A DNA stretch of 64,000 bases from Corallochytrium limacisporum Hawaii (GCA_002811645.1 PDIP01000043.1:95289-159288), one strand, 5' to 3'. Counted from the stretch's first letter, positions 22,577 to 38,010 are shown. Numbers and translations: made by a program. Notes: generated by a model from the sequence alone, not told the origin.

Positions 22577-23068
22577 TTACTGAGCGGCAGCCTGGGCTTT
22601 TTCCTCAGCAACACCACTCTTCATGCGGTAGTCCTTAATGGCCGCCTTGATGCCATCCTCGGCAAGCATACTACAATGCAACTTAACAGGCGGCAGACGG
22701 AGTTCCTTGGCAATGTCCTGATTCTTAATTTTCAGAGCATCATCCAAACTCTTGCCCTTGATCCACTCGGTAGCCAATGAGGAAGACGCAATGGCACTAC
22801 CACAACCAAACGTTTTGAAGCGAGCATCTGTAATATTTCCATCGTTGTCGACTTCAATCTGAATCTTCATAACGTCTCCGCAGGCAGGGGCACCCACAAG
22901 TCCGGTTCCCACATTCTTTTTCTTCTTGTCCATGGCACCCATGTTTCGAGGGTTCTCGTAGTGATCGATCACATTTTTGTGATAACTGCGGACACCATTG
23001 ACCATAGGGGCGGCAGCAGACCGCATGGCAAACTTGCCGATACTCTTGGTTGCAGCAATCCTCAACAT
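22577..23068 (-). CDS. ISCU: mitochondrial Fe-S cluster scaffold IscU/Isu1
   Basis: VIDHYENPRN, GAPACGDVMK, FKTFGCGSAIASSS and LPPVKLHCSMLAED; presequence from ATG 23068. Confidence 0.99.
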   Translation of the reverse strand: MLRIAATKSIGKFAMRSAAAPMVNGVRSYHKNVIDHYENPRNMGAMDKKKKNVGTGLVGAPACGDVMKIQIEVDNDGNITDARFKTFGCGSAIASSSLATEWIKGKSLDDALKIKNQDIAKELRLPPVKLHCSMLAEDGIKAAIKDYRMKSGVAEEKAQAAAQ

Positions 23069-23442
23069 TTTATGTCTTTGTACTTGTCTCTGTCCCAAAA
23101 ATATGTAAACTTCGAAAATGAAGACTTCCCGTTTACTGCTTACAAACAATTCTTCTTTTATTCTCGTGTTAATTAGCCACAACTACTGTTCCTGAAATAG
23201 CATAAAGATTGATCAGAAGAAATAAAACCAACGAACCAGCTCTATTGCAAACACTTCAATTGTTCGCCTGTTTCAGACACCGCAGTTTAAGGTGCTGTAA
23301 GACTTCGACTCTGTTCGTGTCACACACACACACATCCCTCTCTTAACCCATTCGCCGCCGGAATGTGGTTACATTCACTATCCAAAGGCGCCCCCGTTGC
23401 AACATGCTGTTGTCTTCGGAGTTTCTCTCTCTCCCCCCCCCC

Positions 23443-23481
23443 NNNNNNNNNNNNNNNNNNNNNNNNNNNNNNNNNNNNNNN
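23443..23481. other. assembly gap (N run)
   Basis: N bases with TCTTCGGAGTTTCTCTCTCTCCCCCC duplicated on both sides. Confidence 0.98.
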
Positions 23482-23719
23482 TCTTCGGAGTTTCTCTCTC
23501 TCCCCCCCTCCCCCGGCCTTCCCTCCCCCGCTATTGTTAATGCTCTTGGCCCCCTCCCCACACTCTCTAATTTCCTTGCAATACGCACCCCTTGCTCTTT
23601 CGCTTCCCTTGTGTTTTTCCAGCCGGCATCTGGTCGTATTACAGTTGGGCTACAAAGGAGAATGGCATGTACACGTGATTAGTGGAAACTGGTCCACTCA
23701 GCCGATCCATTCAGTATAA

Positions 23720-24110
23720 AATTCGTGGGGTAAGCGGTACAGGTTCTACACGAGGGGTGAGGTCTGCGCAACGGGGGATGCTTCGAATGAGATTTTGGTC
23801 GAGAACAATTGTAGGTGTGACCACAATTCTATAGTGAGTATATGGACATTCGATGTCCGTCCCTTGAAAGGGAATGAAGCACGGTCAGCACAGCGATGAC
23901 CTGTCTCCCGTACGGATCGAGGGGGGACATCTTGCTTACACCGAGGCAGATCCTATATTGAACATATGGTGGTCTCCGATGTCAAGTTTTGCTTTGGTGA
24001 GCTAAGATTATGCAGCCAATTTCGTGAGAACTCGTAGCTTCATCAAGGTGTGGGAGCGCCGCTAACATGTTCTTCTTCTGCAATGCTGAATGTACGCTAA
24101 ATTCTCAACG
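23720..24110 (+). pseudogene. class A GPCR-like remnant (ECL2-TM7)
   Basis: WGKRYRFYTRGEVC, TTIL**VYGHS, TCLPY and GSAANMFFFCNAEC in order across frames. Confidence 0.4.
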
Positions 24111-24478
24111 CTGCTTGGCAGTAGGGAGGCAGATGAGGTGATGACAACTTCCCTCGGTTGCATTTTTCGTTTCTAATTCCTATAGTGAATATAAGGGAAG
24201 TGAAGGGCAGGGATGCGAATGATCGGTATCAAGGAAACTCGCGATTGGAGCTTCCCTCTTTGTCATCGTCTGTCAGTTACAAAACTGATACCCTGGTATA
24301 AATGAATTAACAACTTTGTGGTGAACAAAATTTATTGGTGGGATGGCTTGCTGCTTGTGATGATCAAGGTTGAGGGGGCTCTTGATGTATCCCTGTCATG
24401 ATGTAAAATTGTATGGTGTATTGCGCATGAAAATAAAATAACAAAGATGAATCCTCTTGGTGTGTGTGAATCTCGCTC

Positions 24479-26017
24479 TTAGGAAGATGACGGTGGTGCG
24501 AGTGCACTGGCCACATCGATTACGCTGACCTTGGCGTCTGCGTAGGACACGGCTAGTTCGTTTGCGGTACCACTCCAGGCCAAGCTGAAGACAGCGGTCT
24601 GTCCCATGTGTCCCCGTTGGAGGGCACCGTTCGTGGTCGACCACACAAAGACCATGTGATCAATGGAGCCTGTAGCAAGGTACTCACCATCTTTGCTGAA
24701 ATCTAGGGCATAGACAGGTTTCTTGTGCTTTGTCAGTTCTTGCACACATTGCTTTGTCTCCATATCAAATATCTGCACCAGTCCTGGGGAGTTTCGTCCC
24801 GATCCACTCGCAGCAGCAATGTAAGGATTGTCCTTGCCCGGCTCTTGCGGTGGACACCACTTAACAATGTGAACTTTGGCATCCAGATTGAGCGTTGTCG
24901 TCGCTTGTAAGCTCTCTCCGTCCCACAGTTTGATCGTTCCGTCGTCGGAACAAGAGGCCAACAGTTTGCCCTTGCTGTCCCATTCGATGCAATTGACTTC
25001 GCCTTTGTGTGCCTTTAAGGTGCCCAAGACTTGCTGGCGACTCACGTCTGCAATCATGATAAGACCATCGGCTCCAGCGGTGGCCAGTACGGTGTCGTCG
25101 CGCCACGAGAGGTCCATGACCCTGCTGGAGTGGCCGGTTAGCGTGTAAGCGACAGTTCCGGTGCTTGCGTCCCAGACCACTGCCTTACCCTGCATGCACG
25201 CCGCACCGATATACTTTCCATCGGGACTGTAGGATGTGTACATGATGCCACCAGCTGAGCTGCTCATTGCGCGAAGCATCTTCCCCTGTGCGCTCCATAG
25301 CAGAACTTGACCGTCCAGCAAGCTGAATATTATGTTCTGGCCGTCTGGGCTCCATGCAACGCTGGTAACATGGCGGCGATGGGCACTATCACCGTTAGTT
25401 AGCACTGTAGATGCGGGCGGTGACAGAGTTATGTGATCGAAAGTTTCCATGTCGGTTTCTGTTTTGATACCCGAATGAATGTTCCAGATGCGGACTGTGC
25501 CGTCGGCAGCGCCCGCGGCCAGACTCTTGCCATCAGGGCTCCAGGCGGATATCAGGACCTGTGAAGAGTGTCCCGAAAGGTCTGAAAGGGAACTGGGTGG
25601 AAACAATAAGTCACTGGCAATGCGCGGTGTCGAGGACTCGAACTCAGAGTCCTTGCGACTGCGCTTGGCCTTGGTGCCACCATATCCCTGATCTATTGAA
25701 CCATTCCGCTTGCGCTCGTTGGCACTGTAAAGAGGCAATGGATCTCCCCGCACCTTGCACTTGTGCGGCTTTACCAATGAAAAAGGTTCCTGGCAATCCA
25801 CTACTGTTCCGTCTTCCTGGATATGAGTCTCCGCTTCCACATACTGTAGTCCCTTTTGAATCACAGAGATCAAAGCACCAGTGGGGACTAGTGCTCCGTT
25901 GATGCTGGATTTCGTTATAAAGCTTTCGTGGCCAAACAGAAATGCTGTATGTTCGAAACCGCTCTCCAGCAAGTATCTGTACACGAGGAAATTTACCTCG
26001 TCGCTGTGTAGTGACAT
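24479..26017 (-). CDS. TBL1: TBL1/Sif2-like LisH-WD40 corepressor subunit
   Basis: MSLHSDEVNFLVYRYLLESGFEHTAF...ALISVIQKGLQYVEAE LisH domain followed by WD40 repeats. Confidence 0.95.
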   Translation of the reverse strand: MSLHSDEVNFLVYRYLLESGFEHTAFLFGHESFITKSSINGALVPTGALISVIQKGLQYVEAETHIQEDGTVVDCQEPFSLVKPHKCKVRGDPLPLYSANERKRNGSIDQGYGGTKAKRSRKDSEFESSTPRIASDLLFPPSSLSDLSGHSSQVLISAWSPDGKSLAAGAADGTVRIWNIHSGIKTETDMETFDHITLSPPASTVLTNGDSAHRRHVTSVAWSPDGQNIIFSLLDGQVLLWSAQGKMLRAMSSSAGGIMYTSYSPDGKYIGAACMQGKAVVWDASTGTVAYTLTGHSSRVMDLSWRDDTVLATAGADGLIMIADVSRQQVLGTLKAHKGEVNCIEWDSKGKLLASCSDDGTIKLWDGESLQATTTLNLDAKVHIVKWCPPQEPGKDNPYIAAASGSGRNSPGLVQIFDMETKQCVQELTKHKKPVYALDFSKDGEYLATGSIDHMVFVWSTTNGALQRGHMGQTAVFSLAWSGTANELAVSYADAKVSVIDVASALAPPSSS

Positions 26018-26209
26018 ATTTGTCAGTTGTCTGTTATATGTATGTGATATGTGATTAGGTTATGGTTTTGAAATATTAATTATGAGTACCGAACATTGCT
26101 AAAACACATGGCGCTTCTGAATAAACAAACAAGGTCGTCCAGATGTCAACAATGTGCACAGCGGCCCGGACAGAATTGAGCTGAGCCGACATGTATGAAA
26201 ACAATACGT

Positions 26210-26510
26210 GCCTATACCAAATGATATCCGTATGACTTGATTCCGATCAAAAAATAGCTTTTGATTTGTATTTCACCCGCGAAACATTGAGGGACACGCA
26301 ACAATACGAGCTTCGACTATACCGCTATTCAGGAAGCGACGTCCCTGAATGCGCAGAGGTGGAGGTGTGAAGTGAAGCGCGCAACCACGATAGCGCGACC
26401 AATGGCGAGCAGTTTGTCCACTGTCCAACAGAGCGCAGCCAGCTTTGCGCCGATCCCTTGATTCCACCACCGTTCCCAATCACACCACCGGCAATAATTT
26501 AGGGTCAACA
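26210..26510 (-). pseudogene. class A GPCR-like remnant (TM3-TM4)
   Basis: LAALCWTVDKLLAIGRAI resembles TVDRYLAIxRPL, followed by IVACPSMFRG*. Confidence 0.45.
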
Positions 26511-26779
26511 ATGCTCTGAACGATAACGAAAAAGGGACTGCCGGAAGTTTCCTCCTCCCCTTCGGAATAGAAAAATCCGGACCCGGTACTGAAACTACCA
26601 GAGCCCGAGTGCGGTATCCTGTTCATGTTATTCGTCGGTTCCAAAATTCTTTCCACACCGCCCCCTCATTCTCTCCGATAGCGAAAGTACCGCAGGGCCT
26701 CGCCGCTTGTGCCCTCGTTTCCCTCCATTTTTTGGGGACCAAACCACCTTACCCCGCCCTCGCAATATTTCGGCACGCG

Positions 26780-26920
26780 GAGAGCTTGGAACGGAATACT
26801 GAATGTGCAGGGTTTTTTTGCTCAGTCTGTGGTGTGTATATGTTGTTTGCTCGCCCCGGTTTCGACCACAGTATTACTCTCTCTCGCTTTTGGCGCCCGA
26901 AAAAGTGGACGGATTTCGGT
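26780..26920 (+). pseudogene. class A GPCR-like remnant (TM3)
   Basis: ECAGFFCSVCGVYMLFARPGFDHSITLSR. Confidence 0.35.
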
Positions 26921-27051
26921 ACTTTCAGTACCATCCTGTGCAGACAAAGTCCCATATGGCCAATCTTCAATATTTTGATTCACAAGATATATTTCAATTG
27001 ATGTCATTGATCTGAAGAACGGTGGGATCTACCTATTCAGTTTTGCTTCAT

Positions 27052-27813
27052 CTACTCCTTGACACCTGTGACCACGAACACGGGATCATGTCCGTTCGGC
27101 AGCGTAACATCAAAAGCAGCTAGCTGCTTGAAACCAGCAAAGTGCAGGACTGTGGCCACCAACCAGCAGTGATCGTGGTCAGAGGTCTCACGCCACACTA
27201 ACGTCGCCTTCGTTGGGAAGAGACGGTTCGTGAACGCGAAGATTGCTCGACCCTGCGGACGGAGCACCCGATGTAGATCCTTCATAACCTCTAGAGGATC
27301 CGATAGATAATCCACAGAGAGCGCACATGTGACCATGTCGAACGATCCGTCGTCGTAAGGCATGATGTTCCCGGAAAGCATCCCAGTCCCTCGTGCATCA
27401 GTGGCTGCGTTCAGATCGACGACATCCCGTCCATCTTTGAGCATTGGGTTACTATCCAGTTCCTCTTGGTTCAATCCAAGACCCACAAACTTGCCGTAGA
27501 ATTTGGTGCTGTCTTTGTCCTTTGGCATGTGGGTGACCCAGCTGCTCATGACATCGAGGACATCGACCTTGGCTTCACTCCTGTCCTCAGCCATCTCTTT
27601 TAAGACTCGCGCATGGTACTGACTTATTGCCTCACGTCCTTCATCATCGATGTGGTGAACAAAACGTGGCGTAGAGTAGAACATTGTGTCAGGACTGCGA
27701 TCTATTCGGCTGAAGTGCTTCGCCTCGAATGGGTACTGCTCAGGAATGGCATGCTTCTTGCAAATGGGTATCAGGATGTTCGCATTGTGGTCAAGAATTT
27801 CGGCTCGGCCCAT
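27052..27813 (-). CDS. class I SAM-dependent methyltransferase (Methyltransf_11; family common in cyanobacteria and plants)
   Basis: FSRIDRSPDTMFYSTPRFVHHIDD, VLDVMSSWVTH, GLGLNQEEL, SVDYL and FTNRLFPTKA. First in-frame ATG is at 27813, but the frame is open upstream to about 28080, so the start is uncertain. Confidence 0.88.
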   Translation of the reverse strand: MGRAEILDHNANILIPICKKHAIPEQYPFEAKHFSRIDRSPDTMFYSTPRFVHHIDDEGREAISQYHARVLKEMAEDRSEAKVDVLDVMSSWVTHMPKDKDSTKFYGKFVGLGLNQEELDSNPMLKDGRDVVDLNAATDARGTGMLSGNIMPYDDGSFDMVTCALSVDYLSDPLEVMKDLHRVLRPQGRAIFAFTNRLFPTKATLVWRETSDHDHCWLVATVLHFAGFKQLAAFDVTLPNGHDPVFVVTGVKE

Positions 27814-28743
27814 TGTTGCGGCAGAGCTCTCTGTACCATACGCTCGGACTGTCCAAAAGTTTCCTATACGCTTCAGTAGGGCGGTTTCACTGTGGATGAT
27901 CGGAACAGAGACCGCAGCGAGGGTGGCCACCACCGCTGCCGCTGATGCTAGCCTACCACGGCACTGAATAGTGCAAGAGTGTGAACGATTTCCCTTGTCA
28001 GATTCGAAATGTTCACTCGGCCTCTGTAGATTTCTTAAGTTAGGGCTTCGTTCATTCGCGAGTGACGATGCATGACACACACACGATACGCGATCTGTTT
28101 AGTTCAAAATAGGGTAACTATTAAACTCCTCGAAGGTCCTGTAAGGTCTGTATCTGTTAACGTTAACGTAAGGCAGTGTCAGCTGCAGAACAGCGCGAGC
28201 CACTTTGTTTTGTCTCGAATGGTTTGGATCGGATCCGTCTCATCCGTGCGCAACGAAACGCCTGGGCGGGCGGGTCACCCTCATCCGGGAGGGGCTCCAT
28301 GGGCCCTGCTTGCTGCGACCGACTCTCGCGGGCCTCGGTCGCAGGCGAGGTGGGGCTCCCTTTCAGTGGTGCTGTGCTTTTCCTGCCCACCCGCGACGGT
28401 GCGAACGCCAGGCAGAGAAAAAGTCTGACGGTCAGCATTCCGGGGCTTAAGTGCCCGCACGTTCTGCTCGGCTGGACACATCCAGCTGGTCGGCAACATG
28501 GCTTGAAGCATGGACACGTATGCGAACAACTTGATGGACAGAAACGTCTGAACACGTGAAGGAATAAGAATGTGTACACTGTGAATGAATCACGAAGTGG
28601 ACAATAAGACGGGATATTGGTGTACACACCACGTACAAGGAAAGGGAGCCCTGGCTGGGTGCACGGAGTCCCGGGGCCGGTCGATGTGACATAGTTTTCA
28701 ACAACAGCTAAGGCAACTGGTGGGCACTAAACAACTTTGAGCC

Positions 28744-29325
28744 ATGGGTAAGAAAAAGATGAAGGGCCGCGGGCGGTCATACATGCCCGCAGAAGAGAAG
28801 GAAATGCTCGAACGACAGGAGCGCATAGTCCGATCAAAGGACATTATTCTCGAGGACGGCGAAGATGGCCGGGAAATCAAGGAAGACTGGGACACCAGTT
28901 CTTCAGAAGGATCAGGCTCGGGGTCTGGATCCGAGGACTCCTCCGAATTTGAAAAGTCGAAAAAGCCTAAAGGCCCTGTGGTCGAGGGCTTTGAAGTCTG
29001 CAATCCAAACGATGTGAAAACCATTACCAAGAAAGCCGGTGAACTGGACCTTGGACAGAAGCGCGAACTGACCCGTCGCGAACGGGAGGCAATCGAAGCA
29101 GAGCGAGCAAAGCGTCAGTACGAGAAGCTTCATGCCCAGGGCAAGACGGACGAAGCCAAGGCTGACTTGGCCCGCCTGGCAGAGATCCGGAAGCAGCGCG
29201 AAGAAGCCGCTGAGAAGCGTGCAGAGGAGAAACGCCAAAAGGAAGAGGAGAAGGTCCGCAAGGCTGAGGCCCTGAAGGCTGCATTGGGCAACAAAGGACA
29301 GAAGAAGGGTGGCAAGAAAAAGTGA
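28744..29325 (+). CDS. PDAP1: PDAP1/HASPP28 heat- and acid-stable phosphoprotein
   Basis: [11 protein letters not shown]...[31 protein letters not shown]. Confidence 0.93.
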   Translation: MGKKKMKGRGRSYMPAEEKEMLERQERIVRSKDIILEDGEDGREIKEDWDTSSSEGSGSGSGSEDSSEFEKSKKPKGPVVEGFEVCNPNDVKTITKKAGELDLGQKRELTRREREAIEAERAKRQYEKLHAQGKTDEAKADLARLAEIRKQREEAAEKRAEEKRQKEEEKVRKAEALKAALGNKGQKKGGKKK

Positions 29326-29457
29326 AGGTGTGAGAAAGTTCAAATTTGCTCGCTTATCGAAAGCTTCCGCATAAGCATGACATATCCGTGTATCATATTT
29401 GCTATCCATTTTCATCTAATTTAATACTAAGCCTTTTTTTTTGTTTCTATTGACTGT

Positions 29458-30078
29458 TCACTGTCCTGCTGCTCGTGCCACTGACTGCATGCTGTGGTTT
29501 GCGCTGTTTTCGACCCTACGGCTCTGCTGTTGATCCGTTTGGTGATGCTCAAGATGGTGGCCAGGGCTGTATAACCACTCCGGAGGGTGTGCTGGGACGG
29601 AGATCAGGTCGGTGTCGAAGAATTCAATGAATTGCTCGTTCAACAGGCGAATCTTTGACCCTGCATAACGACGATATTCCTCAAAAATGGCTGTCAGACT
29701 CCATCCTTGGAGCTTGCGTAGACATCCGATTACCATACCGGTGCGGTGCCGTCCCAGGTTGCACATAACGAGCACCGGATAATTTTCGTTCTGCAGCAAG
29801 ATCTCAAGAGCTGCCAGGACTACTTCTTCACTAATCGGTGCGACCGTCCCTCCACCTAAATTTCCTGGCTCCATCTCTCCGAGATTGTGCAGATTCATGT
29901 CGTGGTCATCCACGAAGTTCAATATGGCCGTCGGAGGATCGTCCGGTGCGAGATAGATGATAGTCTTGATCCGAAGTTTCTCCAGGAAGGGAAAGTTCAG
30001 TTCATTGGGCTCACCCGATCGATAGAGATCCGCCTCCACGAACCCAAAGTTCATGGGTGCGATGAAATTCTGTGTCAT
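29458..30078 (-). CDS. OCA/Siw14-family tyrosine/inositol pyrophosphate phosphatase-like protein
   Basis: PMNFGFVEADLYRSGEP, CX5R loop CNLGRHR and GCLRKLQGWSLTAIFEEYRRYAG. Confidence 0.92.
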   Translation of the reverse strand: MTQNFIAPMNFGFVEADLYRSGEPNELNFPFLEKLRIKTIIYLAPDDPPTAILNFVDDHDMNLHNLGEMEPGNLGGGTVAPISEEVVLAALEILLQNENYPVLVMCNLGRHRTGMVIGCLRKLQGWSLTAIFEEYRRYAGSKIRLLNEQFIEFFDTDLISVPAHPPEWLYSPGHHLEHHQTDQQQSRRVENSANHSMQSVARAAGQ

Positions 30079-30705
30079 TTAGAAATCGTACTGGTTTCCT
30101 TATATATGCCGACGAGTTACATGGATGTTCTCGGACATAGTTTGCTCTTTCTTGCTTGTTGCTCTCCAAGTTTGATGACCAGCTGTCGTCAAAATACCGT
30201 AATAGTTGGCTATCAAAGCATTTGCATTGTATTGACAATATTGTTCACAAGTACCCGAAAACCTGTAATAGGACTGCCACCAAATTCGAACGGTCTTCGA
30301 AACCAACCAGTGCCTTGGCCATATTGGTGCCGTACGATGCCACAGGTGCCCAGTCTGTGCATTCTCCCTCGCGTTGCCCGGTCAGCCCTATTCGGTAGGT
30401 GGGGGAGTCCAATTTTCTACTGCTCCTTCCCCACCCTCTTAACCCCCCTTACGAAAGCCAACCCGCGGATGCAAACTAACCCGCTGACACGCGTGAGAAG
30501 CCAGTCAGTTCCGTGCGGGTGCAAGGTAGATCAGGACTGTGCACTCTCATCAAGAAGAGAGGTGCAGAGGACTCAGTTCAGCTGAAACACAAGAACGCTG
30601 ACTACTGCAGTCCGTGCTACACTCTTTCTCGCACAGGGAATCGATAGACGTAGCCAACGTGCACTATCTAGGAGTTGCAACTCTCAGTCTTTGCACAGCG
30701 ACAAT

Positions 30706-31395
30706 ATGAGAATGTCAGACTCCAAGCAGTGTACGCATGTCATTTTTGACATGGACGGGTTGCTCCTTGACACAGAAAGTTTATACACGAAGGTCACCGC
30801 TGAAATTCTGGCAAGATTCAACAAGGAATACACGTACGAGATAAAGCGAGAACTAATGGGTAAACCATCCGCAGATGCAGGCAGACGGTTGGTGGAACTG
30901 ACAGGAATAGACATGTCTCCCGAAGACTACCTGGAGGAACGCACACGGAAACACCGGGAAGTGTTTCCCTTTGCCGAATTGATGCCTGGAGCCCAGTGGC
31001 TAGTCGAGACACTGCACCAGAATAATGTACCCATATGCGTGGCGACAAGCTCGAACAAGGACATCGTGGATCTCAAGATTCAGAAGCACAAGGAACTCTT
31101 TAAATTATTTGATCACATCGTCTGTGGTGACGACGAGGAGGTAGCAAAGGGTAAGCCGAATCCAGACATTTTCCTAGTCGCTGCCAGTCGGTTTGACCCA
31201 CCAGCTAACCCTAGCAAATGTGTCGTCTTCGAGGACAGTCCAGCTGGTGTCAAGGCAGCCAAGTCAGCTGGCATGAGCTGCATCATGGTACCGGATCCAC
31301 GAGAGAAGGATCACGGTGATTCGGACGATGTACTGTCAACCCTTGAGCACTTCAAACCTGCCGACTGGGGTCTCACTGTTGAAAATGTGGCATAG
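30706..31395 (+). CDS. HAD hydrolase, pseudouridine-5'-phosphatase (HDHD1/PUDP)-like
   Basis: THVIFDMDGLLLDTE, VATSS, GKPNPDIFL and VFEDSPAGV. Confidence 0.9.
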   Translation: MRMSDSKQCTHVIFDMDGLLLDTESLYTKVTAEILARFNKEYTYEIKRELMGKPSADAGRRLVELTGIDMSPEDYLEERTRKHREVFPFAELMPGAQWLVETLHQNNVPICVATSSNKDIVDLKIQKHKELFKLFDHIVCGDDEEVAKGKPNPDIFLVAASRFDPPANPSKCVVFEDSPAGVKAAKSAGMSCIMVPDPREKDHGDSDDVLSTLEHFKPADWGLTVENVA

Positions 31396-31539
31396 GCAAT
31401 CATCCTCATCAGCTTCTCTTGCATTGGTCAACAGAATTCCCCGCGGTACCAATGCTACATAGTAAGTATGTTAAGCTATTATCCAATTCTATTGTTGTCT
31501 AAGTTGGTCTTTACACTGTAAACCGTTCCATTGTCTAAT

Positions 31540-34701
<3,162 letters not shown>

Positions 34702-34879
34702 CTATATAGTTTCACTACCTGACTTGATGCCCTTATACGGGCATTTCTGCGTTATTTGACTGCAAATCAACCGTATTCCTCGTGTGCGAACTCTTGTACT
34801 GATCTCAATATGCAGTTTATATCATGATTAGATATGTGCTAATAAGATGAACCGCCTTTCCGAAATAGCATTAGCCTGA

Positions 34880-35450
34880 AATACGAATATCTGCAGTAGA
34901 CCTGTTCACAACTTATCTGCCATTGGCTACGGTTATTAGTCCATTCCACTACGGTCTCTACAGTCAACAAACCTGAATACACTTCGCTACATCAAGTGTT
35001 GATGATAGACATATTAACGCATTATTGATAGGATTGAGGTCGGACGAAGTACACAATCCTGCAAAATGACCTCCATCCGGTTCCCTCCTCGTCTCCTCTC
35101 CCCACAGCTCTGACCTCGTTCGGACGAAAGGTATGCAAAAGGACGTTCATGGACAGGCTCCTCCACGGTTATTAAATGATCCTATATCAAATATACGAAC
35201 AGTTCGGCAACAGACAATACATCCGCACTCCCCTTTTCCCTCGTGCACAATGGGAATGCTTCTTGGTGAACTTGCCCAGCGCATGCTGCATTCTTCTTTC
35301 CTTTGTGATCGTGGTGACCTGCCCCGCCGTTGGTTGCAACTCGAAGGATGGTTCTGCTCGATTCACTTTCTTACGCCTCCGGTTGACAATGTCGGTTGTC
35401 CCTCTGCCGTGCTACTGCTCGTGCTACTGTGGATGACTTGAAGTTTGAGA
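34880..35450 (+). pseudogene. class A GPCR-like remnants (probably two)
   Basis: VHNLSAIGY...PL at about 34905; NRQYIRTP...FLVNL and RRWLQLEGWFCSI...SAVLLLVLL at 35200-35430. Confidence 0.4.
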
Positions 35451-36369
35451 AACTTCACAAACAAGTTGGGTTCCCCCCGTCGTGGTCGCGTGCAAGAGCC
35501 AGCAGACCCGTCATGTCTTTTTTGCTTCATCGCCTCCACCCTCGCCTCGCCTTGGCGACACAGCCCACAACCGCCGATGCACCGAAGGTGAAGAAGGCAC
35601 AAGACTTGAGTGCGTGTGTGACGTGTCCTTTTTTGGTCCCTAACCCCATCCCCTTCCCCCCTCCCCCCCCTAGGGGGCGACCAGTGTCAGAAATCCATAG
35701 GAACGCATTAGGTACGCGGTTACTGTGACGAACAAACGGACGTGCCGGGACCCGTAAAAAACGAACGACCGAAGCGAAAAAAAAAAAAAAAAAAAAAAGG
35801 AAAAAGAAACAGACAAGGAAGGCAACGAAAGAGAGAAGGGGGCCTCATTTTAGCGGGCCAATGTCCACCCAAGTCCGGGCGGGGTCGGCAGAGAATTGAC
35901 TGCATACTCCGAAAAAAAAAAAAAAAAGGATTAAGAAAGAAGGGGGATACGGGTTTAGCCTGTGTGAGAAAGTACGGAGCTTTTCGGGTTTTGATGGAGA
36001 AACTGGCATCGCGAGACGGTGGCTGGGGAGTCGCCCCTCTCTGGGTGCCCCGCTTGTGAACAACAGGCGTGCTAGAGAATAATTTGGGCCCCGCTCAGCC
36101 GCACAGTCGTCTCCGTCCCTCTGTCGCTGCTCCCTCTACCCGGTCATTGGGTTTCCCAGGGTAACGCAGTTGCAATCGAAATCCTTTTTTTTTTGGGTTT
36201 CACGGGGACCGAGTCGACCGACAACAAGGACAAGAAAAACTGCAGATAAAGCACCGTTACGCTACACTGTTGCGCGCTTCATTGCTCACTAATCCTCTCG
36301 CTCGCAGCCCATAAAACGTTACTGCCATCTCTCTTAATTCCGACTGATGTCAAAGAGGATAAGACCCCA

Positions 36370-36990
36370 TGCCTTTCCCTGGAAGCGAATGTCGTGTCGT
36401 TGTGGCAGAGCAAGCCGCAGACATGCTCCCCAAGCACATACCAAAGACACACTGACTCACATACTCACGTAACTAGCAAGAACAAGAAGCAGCACTGCTT
36501 TCTCCCTTTCTTGCGTAGGCGTTCCAATTTTCAACTGTAATGACTGTGCAAGATGGTTGATTGGCGGAGGAGTTTGCATATCGTACTGCACAATCCAGCA
36601 CTCTTGAACAGAAGCTCCGTATGAGGGAGACTGAGACACTGGAACTGTAGCCGGTTCCTCTGATAGATTAGATGGACATACCTCAATGTGCTTCATCGAC
36701 CGTGGTACCACCGGCGGCACCCCGGAGTTCTCTGTGTTTTGGATGTCGACCAAGGAATACAAAGTCCATGACTTCTCACCGGCCGATGTGGCAGTGGAGC
36801 ACGCATTAGGATGCACAGAGCACGGGATTGTTATTAGGATATCGGGCCTAATCCTAATGTATGCATGTACACAATACCACTGAAGACAATCTGCACTACC
36901 AGCAGCATCACAGTAGAGAAGAAGACAGGTTTAGAGCTGTAAGTTGATGCTCAAGCGTGTTTGCTGTGGGCGAAACTGGCGGCATGAAAC
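36370..36990 (+). pseudogene. class A GPCR-like pseudogene (TM1-TM6)
   Basis: LSLEANVVSL, VGVP, RWLIGGGVCISY (36551), PVPLID*, TSMCFID (36680), LILMY and EKKTGLEL...CLLW in order. Confidence 0.55.
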
Positions 36991-37129
36991 CTGTTTAAAA
37001 CTGCAGCTTCGCCTGAGACCCAGTTGAAAATCACAATCAACAATCGAGAAAGTGGCATCTTTTTTCATATTTTTGACCTATGATTCGATAGTTTTGAATG
37101 CCGTAAATCTATAGATAGAGTTTCTTCGG

Positions 37130-37400
37130 TTATTCAGTACAAATAGAATTTGTGGATTCTATTGATTTACATAAAATGATACATGGCACTTTACGATGGG
37201 ACCATCGCTTGTGCACAATGGCTTCAACGGTTCGTTCGACCCGTATATTTGACAGGTTTGAGAGCCCAGGCATATTACGATAGTAGTTGCTAAACACAAA
37301 CAGACATCTTCTCTGCCTATTCTGCATCGCCTCTGGCACCCTCAGAGGTTCCATCCCATGGTAGATCTTCTGACCTGCTGATTTCGTGCCGCGATTCAAC
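37130..37400 (-). pseudogene. class A GPCR-like remnant (TM3-TM4)
   Basis: RCLFVFSNYY...GLSNLSNIRVERTVEAIVH...RKVPCIIL resembles NLxxIxVERYxAIVHP. Confidence 0.55.
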
Positions 37401-38010
37401 GATGCTCACGACTGATAATCATGCGTTGTACCCAGCCGGAAAGGGCAACCCTGCGATGAGTCAAGATTGGGTCTTACTCTGAAGCTTATGTTGTCTCGAA
37501 CGATGATGACACTTTCACATCATAATGTCATCCTTTGCATAGTCAATGTACTCACGGATAGAGGGTGAAAGCGCTACTATGTTTCTTGTTCGTGAGCGAA
37601 ACAGTCACCTCACTCACGCGATGCTCACTTACGATGCGGGTACTCAAAGCAATCATTCCAGTTTCAACCAAATGATAACACATTAACAAGAGGGAATCAT
37701 GAGAGGGCTGCGCTGAAGCGAGGGGAATCGAAAGACGCAGAGACGAAGCAAAGAGAGCATTGACGAGGCCAATACGCGTATCTGACGACGATACCTATCC
37801 ATGCAGACTTACAACCGAGCAGCTCTTTTCTTTCACCAGAAATGCACTGGGTCCCCGCCCTCCCCGGGAATGGAAGGATTCTGTGACCAATTTGTCCTGA
37901 CCGTCCGAACTGGCTTACGGGATAACGGTCCCATCACCTGGACCTGTTGGACCCATCCTATTTCCCTTTGATTATTTATTCTGATCCTACTGTTCTTTCT
38001 TGTCCCGTAC

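Noticed and set aside
23412-23510. Direct repeat flanking the N gap
   Set aside because: Most likely a scaffolding overlap artefact.
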